64,000 nucleotides of DNA, taken from the NCBI GenBank assembly GCA_009914755.4, contig CP068257.2:25248001-25312000 (forward strand), read 5' to 3'. Position numbers and translations under genes: made by a program. Positions 53,974 through 64,000 of the stretch are shown piece by piece (within the stretch, counting starts at the first letter, position 1; every line of letters begins with the position of its first letter). The stretch comes from the human T2T-CHM13v2.0 reference genome, Homo sapiens. The notes under the pieces are model-generated. The model was given only the letters and a program-made list of their open reading frames with translations, was not told where the DNA came from and ran no database searches.

Positions 53974-56900
53974 CTAAGGGAGACAACAGAGGAAGTACAA
54001 ATAATCCGTGATTGTGTATTTCTATCTTTCCATGACAATTATGCTAGGGCTTGATTTTTTTCCCCTAATTGTAGATGAGTTCACTTTAACTGCTTTCTCA
54101 CCCAGAGACTGGACCTCCAGGGAAATAAAAGTTGCATGGAGTTAGTGTAGCAGTTGCTTTTGGTGAACATTTCGATGGAAACTGAAAAACTAAAGAGTAG
54201 ATGTTCCCATAATTCATCTGGATCACATATGCTTAATGTCATGTGGAAACAAAGCCTTATTTAGAATCTAGAGTTTGCGAGACAATTGTGGGATTATGTC
54301 ATAGCCCTCACCACATATCATTTTGATTGTCTAATTTTCTGCCTTCTCTGATCAAGCCCCATGAGATCAAAGTGAATTTGCTCCCATATACTGTTGAAAC
54401 CTCTGTATTGAACTTAGTGCTGTGCAAGTTGCAAACACTTAGTAGATGGTTTTTGAATGTCAGTGACTTATTTTCTTAGTCAAGTAAATAGGTGGCTAAT
54501 AAAAGGGAGGACTAGGGGAGACAAAGAAAGAGAAGTGAAATGAGGAAGTTTCCGGTTTCTTGCAAAACTAAGCTTGCTTCATCCGTTCATTTCTTTTGGT
54601 GATTTAGTGAGTTATGAATGTTTACTATTGTCACAAACATATAGCTCATTTTGAAAACATACCCATTTACATTTTAAAATGTCAAAATACCAATAATATG
54701 GAGTTTGAGAGCTTGAAGAAAGGACAGCTTGGTTTCCCAAGTGATAGTTGTGAGTGTTCAAAACCACTCAGCCAGGTGATATTTGTGCTTAAGCCTCTCA
54801 ACCAACAATGTTCTCTGAAGTTCCAGTCAAGCTAGATATTATTTCACAGAGCCCATAATTGCATTCTTATAATCCAAGTAAATTGCTTTTTATTACATAA
54901 GATCAATTTTCATGCAGTCTAAGGATAAAATGATATTCCACAACAAATTTACAATGCTATTTAAAACATCTAGGACAGTAGTTTGAGCAATTACAAACTC
55001 TAAAAAGTAGACAGCAAATCATCCTAGTGGTGTTTTTAACAAAGCTTTCTAGAATCATACACAAACCACTAAAACAAATTTAGGAAACACTGTAGCAAAC
55101 TGATGACTACATTCTCCTTGGGATCTTGAATGCCAAACGCAGAAAACTTTGGCCATTCTAGCAAAAGAGTCCAGTGTGCACCAATAAAACCCAACAGAGA
55201 TGAAATCTTTCACTTTATATTCCGACTACTTTGGGCCAACTTGTTAAATCACCAACACCTCATAACAAAATTGTCCACTGAGCAACTGACTGCTGTTATG
55301 GCTGAAAATAAGTGGCTAGGGCTCGGTGACCTTCCAAGCCTCCACATTTTTATGTTATTTATACAGATATTTACTTCGACAGCATTTACTAGGCTTACAA
55401 GTTTTCTCTGGGAAGTTCTCCCACCACCACTTAACATTTTGTTTGGTCAGTAGCATAAGTGTGCATTATAGTCTATATATAAAGTATGTCCCAAATAACT
55501 TGCAAAGGAAATTAGCAGGGGCTCATCTAATTTTTGAGTGGTTTGTTGAGTTTTTCAAGAAACTCACAGCTCACAGAAAAAAAAAAAAAACAATCTTTCA
55601 TTCATGTACTATTAGAAATGACTTAAAGTTACTTAGTACATGAAATACTTGCTGATATCGCACTCTACACTTCCCAAAATTTTCCAAGATAGAAGATTTA
55701 TCAGTTAACACTGAGGGATATGGTGGAAATTTCACTCTTGAGTTTTTTCCTCTGGCATAGAAGAAAAGTGTCCCCAAGTGACCTCTGCAACATAATATTT
55801 ATTTGAATCCAGGTTTTTACTTAAAAAATGTGACGTATACATTCTACTTCATAGGATATTTATATTTATTTAATGAAGTAATGGCCTTTTCCTCCAAATC
55901 TATATAAATACATAGCACTTTCCATATGCCTTTTTATTATTGTATCAAGAGATTTTCACTTCATTTGGAGGGTAGATTTTAGAATTCTGATTTAAAATAT
56001 AGGACACATGGCAGACACGAAATTCACTTTGAGGGACCTGAGAAAGTACCTTCATTCTCTCTTTCAGAGAGGTGAAGCATGTAATTTTAAAGGTTTCAAT
56101 TATGTAAGCAAGTCAATTTAATTTTGAAATATTTCAGCATCATTTATGAATCTTTTGGAATACTAGTTAATATAACATTATGACTTCTATGCTCCCCAAA
56201 TTTGCTCATTTTCCACTGAAACTTAATTGCCACTGAAGATGCATAGAGGAAATTGCACTGCGAAAGACTGCCTTTCAAGCATGAACAAATCTTTGCTTCA
56301 CCTCAGCAAGGGGATGTGACTTTTGTAAGATCTCCAAAAGTCAGGCAGAAACAGACTGCTTAGAGTCAACTGAAAGAGATCGACTCTTTTGAGGGCGAAT
56401 GAACACTCTGTGCTCCATGAAGAAAGCCTGTCAGCTCTCTGGGAGAGGCATGCTCTCTCAAGGGCAGCGAGAGTCCTGGGCAATGTGAAGAACACTTAAG
56501 CACCCAAAGTAACAGGCAGCCAGTTCCAGAGTAGCTGGAACCAGGGCATGGCGAGAGAACCGCGTGACTTCCCTTCAGGAGCTGGACAGGATATGAAAGG
56601 GAAGATCAATGTGAGGGATGTTTGGATGCTCTTCAGGAAAGACGTGACACACATTCTAAAGGCTGCAAACAGCAAAAGGAGTGGTATTTTGTAATTCGAG
56701 CCCCCAGTCAATTATGCTAAGACATTTACTCTTAGTTGAAATCGGCCTTGAAATAGCAAAAGTATACAAAAGTATAAGCAATTTTAAAGGAGTGCTCACG
56801 GTAAAGACGGCACGCTATGATACCAAAAGCTAACTACCAGAGAAAATCCAGAATCCGGGGAATTTAAAATACAGTGTCACAGCTGACAACTGTCTTTTAA

Positions 56901-57837
56901 GTAGGGATTGTGAAGGGGAATTGGAAAAGCTAATAGCTTTGAAGACATCTGCCTTTTCAGGGAGAGTTTGTTCATAAATCATTCACAGAGATGTTTAAAA
57001 TGAATGGTGTGGTTTGGAGATTAAGCATTTCTTGGACAAGCAGACCCCAGGAGCATTAGCAGCAGATAGGATTAGATATCCCTGTCTCAGAGAGTAAAAC
57101 AGCACATGAAGAATATAAAAGAGTGTGGAGAAAATGTGTACAATGCCAAAAGTAATTTGTTGTTTACATCAAATTGTATTACATGATGAGTTTTTAGAGC
57201 AATACAGAGCAACAGAGTTAGTTGAGGGTGAGGTTTTAGAGGAGGCAGGGGGATGGAATCGAGAAATCCACATAGAATGGCAATCCTTACCCTTGGAAAA
57301 AGAGAAAGAGTTCTTTTTTGGAGAGTCAGAGTGTTGCAAGAGAAGGGTGGGGAGGACTGAAAGCCATTTTGACAGAGATCTGAGGAAGCTCCCTCACTAA
57401 AATAGGACGTGAAACTCCTAGTGAGAGAAAAGGCAGAGGTGGGTTTCGAGGTAACTATCTGCTGTCAGGATTTAAAGCAGAGGTAGTGAAGTCTTGCTTT
57501 AGGGAAGAATTAGTGTTTGTGTTTAGGACCATTTATAATCAGCAGACATGCAAAAGATCGAAAAGCAGTTTGCTTGAGCAATTTTGTTTACAATACTCTT
57601 TCTCAGCTATCTTTAATTCTTGATGATGTAATTGGAAGCTTTTCACCTAAAACCCTGAGGCAACTAAGGACCAAACACACTTGTGTAATAGATGCACTTG
57701 TTAATGACCTCTGTATTTATATGCTAAATAGGGTTTTAACTGGGGAGGGGAGATAGAAGCCAGAGTGAAATTCAGAGAATAATGCAACTGTCTAATCCAC
57801 GAGTATTTTCCAAGCGGTGCCTACCTCAGAACTATAT

Positions 57838-58158
<321 letters not shown>

Positions 58159-59565
58159 TCAGAACTGTATTTCGCTGTTTGAAATAATTAGTAAAAGCTA
58201 AGGTGTAAATTGTGTTAGATGATGTTGACCTATTCTTAATTGATGTTAAATCATACAACAGTCATGCTGAGTGTCTGTCAGCAAGTAACATCAGAAAGGA
58301 GTTTATTTGAATTAATCTAAGAAATTAAATGTAATGATAAATTATGTCAGAGTAAAGTCTATAGGACTGAGAGTTTGAGTTACATTGTTAGCTCATAAAT
58401 AGCAAACAAATCGTCACCTGATAACTTTTCTGGTATGAAAATTCTCTTTTTCAATTGGCAAAGGGGTGACATTTTATAAAATAAATGTTATCTTTGATAT
58501 TCCCAATACAGATTTTAAGAACACCTTGCTTCATTAAATTCACAAGAGAATCTGGTGTTAGAAAATCTGTGATAATGTGTAGCCAGATGAAGACACATCA
58601 CTTTAAAGGAAACTGTTGGTTCAGCTTCTTATTCAACCCAGGCATTACTGTACAACCAGGGCTGACTTATAACATTAACCTCAGGAAGGAAATTGGTTGT
58701 TTTTCTAAACTTTGGTCTGCAAATTAAACAGAATTTCAAGCTCTTGTCTCCTGATCCCAAACTGACCAATGGTCAAGGGGACACAGTACCACATCCTAAA
58801 AAAATGTCACAAGAAGCTCTGTAATGTGTTTACTCGGGAAAGCACTGCTCAGATGAAGCATCTGTTTCTTAATGAGGTCATGTTTTTATTTTACCTAATT
58901 TTCCAGCTGGGATTATGGAGGTGCACGGTCTTGCCAGGGGTTGAAAAGTGAGTCAACTGCTCACATGGAATCAGAATCTAGAATCCTTGAAGAAGGGAAC
59001 CATGAGCTCCAGTCATTGGATCATGCATGCTTATTCAAACACGAATCTTTACATAGATGTGATAAAACTCTTATAACTCCCATTTGAAAGCATTAAACAT
59101 GAATGGTAAATGTGGTATCAATTATGTAATTTGGAAGGAAGAAACTCTAACTTTTTCACCTTATAACTAGCTGTGTCAATATCCTTTTGAATCCATTTCA
59201 GAATTATAGCCTTTAAAGTAAAAACTGTCTAAAAAAACATTCTAGAAGCATATAAACATCTTGAGCTCTGGAGCCAGATGGATTGGGTTTTAATCTCACT
59301 TTAGCAGTATATTAGTTGTTGACCTTAGACGGGTTTAGAAAGTACCCTGTGTGTTAGCTTCATTCTCTCTCTTGGGTGACCCACTAATGGTACTTACCTC
59401 ATGGCATTTTGTAAGAATTAAATGATATAAAACATGCAAAGTGATTAGAATATGTGCTTGACATATATCAAAGGACCAGTGATTGTTAGCTAACTTTATT
59501 GTCCTCATTGATATTCTGGGATTGTTATATACTTTTACTTATAAGTATTCTAGTAATCAGTGATA

Positions 59566-59648
59566 TATATATATATATATCACACATATATCCATATATA
59601 TATATCACACATATATATATATATGGAGAGAGAGAGAGAGAGAGAGAG
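59566..59648. repeat. Compound (TA)n...(GA)n microsatellite.
   Basis: It runs atatatatatatatatcacacatatatccatatatatatatcacacatatatatatatatggagagagagagagagagagagagag. Confidence 0.95.
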
Positions 59649-59902
59649 AGTCTTGCTGTATCACCCAGGCTGGTGTGCAGTCATGCTATCAAAGCCCACT
59701 GAAGCCTCCATCTCTTGGGTTCAAATGATCCTCATACCTTCTGACTAGCTGGGACTACAGGTGCACACCACCACCCTTGGCTAATTTATTTATTTATTAC
59801 TTATTTATTTATTTTTTTACTTTTTGTAGAGACAGGGTCTCACTATGATGCCAGGGCTTGTCTCAAACTGTTGGGATTACAAGCATGAGCCACCACACCA
59901 GC
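59649..59902 (-). mobile_element. Older, diverged Alu (AluJ/S-like) in minus orientation. Its former tail has decayed into a (TA)n(GA)n microsatellite.
   Basis: It runs agtcttgctgtatcacccaggctggtgtgcagtcatgctatcaaagcccactgaagcctccatctcttgggttcaaatgatcctc...tagagacagggtctcactatgatgccagggcttgtctcaaactgttgggattacaagcatgagccaccacaccagcc. Confidence 0.85.
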
Positions 59903-61288
59903 CAACAAGCTTTGATATTACTAGACACTCTTTATGTGGGAGGGAAGAGGAAACTTCCTAAACATAAAAGAAAAAAAATCACTCAGCAAGTGTGTGTTAG
60001 AGTTACTTTTTATGCCACCTTCAATTTGCTGGTTTCCACACATGTGCTAGATAATCTATAGGTTTCTCCCTAGAGAAACATGAATTGGGATTAAGTTTTT
60101 AAAAACTGACAATAGACACAAAATCTCTCAATATTCCTCAACATATAGCAAAAACTTATTCCCACATTTTATTTGGGGGCCAAGAAAGACATAGTGTGGC
60201 TTTCCTCCAAACTGCTTGTTGATTAAAGCAATGGGTTTGCGGGAAAATATCAAGTTTAATCCTAGTTTCCTTCGAACTTTACATCTTACAACAAGCCTGG
60301 ACATCTGATTCTGTGTATTTGGATTTGGTCTGTGGTGTTTCAAGAACCTCTGCAGCTTTTCAAAATATGGCCGTGTTTAATCTAATCATCTACAGAAGCA
60401 GAGTCACACACAGATCAGCACAACCAGGGAACACCTTTTAACCACACCAAAACACAGGCGGCTTTGCTGTTGTGTCTCAACCACTTCCTAAGTCTCAGCT
60501 GAATATTTGGTCTTGACTTGTTAAGTTGCCTGAGTTTAGCTTAGGAAGCACACTGGAGTCTTTCACAGTAGAGAGATTCACTTAGTGCATTTTATAATTA
60601 ACCACTATAAAGCAAAGCTTCGGCATGTTTGCAAATTATGGATTTCATTTGTCTAAATAAAATCAGATTGTTCCTCCTAGTGTATTAGAAGCTGGCCCAA
60701 CATCAATAAAATTATTGTTTTTAAGGACCATATGTGCAGCAGGTGAAATCTTTATTATTACAAGTCAATAATAAAAGTTTGACAAGTTAAAATATAAACT
60801 CAAAATGTAAACTTACACTAACTTGAAAACTTTCTGCAGTTCACATTTGGATTGTAAAGTGGCTGTAAACACATTCCTGTCTCCACTCAAGGAACATGGA
60901 TGGGGACTGTGTTTTTGATAGTTTGAAGTGACTTTCTGAAATGTCTTAACAATTTAGCCAACATTTACATGCATATAACACAAGAAGGAAAGCACTTTTT
61001 GACTGCCTATCCAGAATCAATGTCAATCAATATCCATCTTCCAGAAGTCTGTATTGGCATCAGTTGATTAGTTACCTTCAAAATCTAGCAGCTTTTTTGA
61101 AAGAATTAGCAGAAAAAAAGAAGTGTTCTAGTTTCAAATGGTATATGAAAAGAGTAAGTTTTCATAATTGTTCATTTTTAACCTGTGTCATTTTGACTTC
61201 AAATAATTTAATGCCGTGGGTAGAAATGGTGTCAGATAGAGACTACAGCTCTGCCTCTATTTACCTGATGAGTTAATTATCAAGGTAA

Positions 61289-61502
<214 letters not shown>

Positions 61503-61849
61503 TTAATGAACTAAAAAGAAAATTTTGATTCAGTTTATTCATGCACAAAATAGATATGACTTTCTATTTTAAACCACTGTGAAGAGAAAGAGGAAACAGT
61601 TGTGCGTTTCCACGAGAACCTGTAAGTAGGTTAATGGAAGAGTTATTCTTGCTCAAATATATCCTTTTACTGCTTATAGAAGAAATAAAGTAGAAAAATT
61701 ATGGGAACAGCCTGGGAATCTCTCCTAGCTTGTGTTTTGAGCACAGTAACACATTCACACTGTTTGCATAAAGGAAATTACACATTTTGGAATGAGGCTA
61801 GAGTAAATTTAAAACACTGGAAAACTGAGCATTCAAAACGTCATTTTCA

Positions 61850-62168
<319 letters not shown>

Positions 62169-64000
62169 TTAGAATCGAGAGCATGGTTAGCTCAGACTGA
62201 GAGCTTCACACAGCAATCCAAAAAATAGAGCACGGGAAACAAACCAGCAAGCTGCATTATCCAAGATCACACTGGCTGGAGGGGCAAGACTCTGTAATAA
62301 TACACAGATGATCAGGAAATCTTTTGTCAGGCTATCTTTCCTAAACGTTGAAGGCTTATTTTTTATAACACATGTTCATAATATTTAGGCAAAAAGTGAA
62401 ATTAAAGAATAATAAAGAGATTAGAAAATAAACTGAATGAGAACCAGATTCTTTTATGAAAGCAGAATTGAATCCATATTCCCCCACTTCCAGACCTTAA
62501 ATAGCTCAGATTAGTTCATATGTAATACAAAAGGGAAGTTAAATAGAGAGTGTTTGATTGGGCAATGAATTACAGGGACTTCTAAAGAAATAAACAAAGA
62601 TGATCCAACCAAAAATTTAAGTGCACAGAAGGGCATAATCATATATCAAAGATTTAGGTTTGAGTTTTCATACAGAAGCCCACCTTTCTCCTACGTTGTT
62701 TCCTTGTATAACTATGTCTAATATTCTTGTACTATTGAGAAAAGTTCTTACTGTGTGTGTACACACACATGTATATATTTAGTTTTAATATAACGTTTGT
62801 GCTTATCAGCATCTGGCTTCCTGCCTCTCAGACTGCTGCATCAGCCTTGTAACCCAAGATTGCCTTAGGAATTCAGGAGAGCTGGGAAAGGTGACCCTGC
62901 AGGGCTCTTCAATCCTCCCTAGTTAACTTGAGGTCAAAGCATCCCTGAAGAAGCTGCACTTATTGCCACAGTGTTTGTCTTACAGGGAAATCTCCCAGAT
63001 GCAGTCAATGTGTGAAAACCAATCACTAGAAAGGAAAGAAACTGCCCTTCCTTTAAGGAATGTGGAATCTTTCCTTTTGAAGATCAAGATTTGGAGCCCA
63101 TAATCCTGTGGATGGATGACGCCAACATTCAGCTCTGCTGCTTATTCCCCATAATTTCTCCGCTTGACCTGTGACGAATCAGCTTCTGCCTTTCCAGGGA
63201 CTTAGAACCTTTCTTATGGGACTCCTCTCACTCTGAATGATGGTGATTAATTACCAGTGTACTTTAAAAGTCTCCTCTATTTAATTACATCCTCCTGAGT
63301 ATTTGGACTAATTCCTCTTAGTTTCCGGTGCAGATCGGAATGTTGCCTTGAGCAAGTCTCATGTTTCTTTCTCCCGCTTACGCAGTCAAGCACATACATA
63401 GATATGTAATAAATATTGATTAAGGTTCTGTATTAGGCTGTGTTTTTATCAGTAAGGATTAATAGGCATAAATGAGAGACATGATCCCTACCCTGGAGCC
63501 TAAATGGCATGTGTTATAAAGACGCTTTCAGGCTGACCAGTTCTTCTAGTGCAGCTGAGAAGACAGCCATGCCTCCTCATTAGCCCACTTTATAGGGAAG
63601 AAATGGAGACTCAAAGTATCTAAATCACTTGTCTGAGATAAAACAGAGAACCCAGAGACAGAGCTGGGACTCCACTCAGATCTTTGACTACTGAAGCCAA
63701 AGATGCCTAATCAATAAAACACTGAATTATTCTCAGTGATGCTATTGGATAATTATTTACGTTTAGGTTTTATATTTGTGTTTTTCTGCTTAGGAGGTAA
63801 GAAACGTGTCAGGAACATTAATGCCATACTTAAGAACTGACATTTAACTACTGAATTCTGTTTTACTGGGGCAATATTGTGAATTATGCAATTACACTGT
63901 ACCTTGGATTAGAAGTTATTTAACTCCCCAAAGAAAACATAGCAGTTAGAAATGGATGCTTTGTGAAAATATTCTCTGCCTATTAGGAATGTAAAAAAGT

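Noticed and set aside
59385-59410. A minus-strand ...TGC CAT GAG|GTAAGT, that is a His-Glu followed by a perfect donor. I considered it as the missing HELG exon.
   Set aside because: It ends in phase 0 after Glu, whereas the catalytic exon at 53973 needs an upstream exon ending in phase 1 (...CAT GAR YTN G). The upstream frame has a stop and shows no ADAMTS similarity.

Overview
This window is primate, most likely human, nuclear genomic DNA. It is AT-rich, depleted in CpG, intron-dominated, and roughly a third or more of it is interspersed repeats. The repeats are about 12 Alu copies, LINE-1 fragments including an inverted pair, several ERVL-MaLR solo LTRs of THE1/MST and MLT1 type, and several microsatellites. 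I found no prokaryotic-type features: no CRISPR array, operon, tRNA or rRNA. The ORF-track entries of 60 aa or more either sit in repeats or low-complexity sequence, or are six coding exons of one minus-strand gene (or their antisense/alternate-frame shadows). That gene is an ADAMTS-family secreted zinc metalloprotease. The six exons lie between 35037 and 53973 and have canonical AG/GT splice sites and mutually consistent phases. They encode, in order: the C-terminal half of the catalytic domain (the HExxHxxGxxHD remainder HLLGLSHDD plus the Met-turn), the disintegrin-like domain, the central thrombospondin type-1 repeat, the cysteine-rich domain in two exons, and the spacer plus a second TSP1 repeat. 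The exon supplying HELG must lie upstream beyond 54000 or outside the window, and no further exons are recognisable in the 34 kb downstream of the spacer/TSP1 exon. I cannot name the paralog with confidence. The large introns and the Zn-site sequence fit ADAMTS17 or ADAMTS19 better than ADAMTS1/4/5/9/20, and a protein search would settle it. I see no evidence of a novel biological system. The observations worth a second look are structural. An in-frame stop directly follows the last Cys of the second TSP1 repeat. Inverted Alu pairs flank a 176-nt exon. There is an L1 whose 5' segment is inverted. A THE1 LTR is nested in an older L1 with an intact target-site duplication. There are two small tandem duplications and two long polypyrimidine microsatellites.
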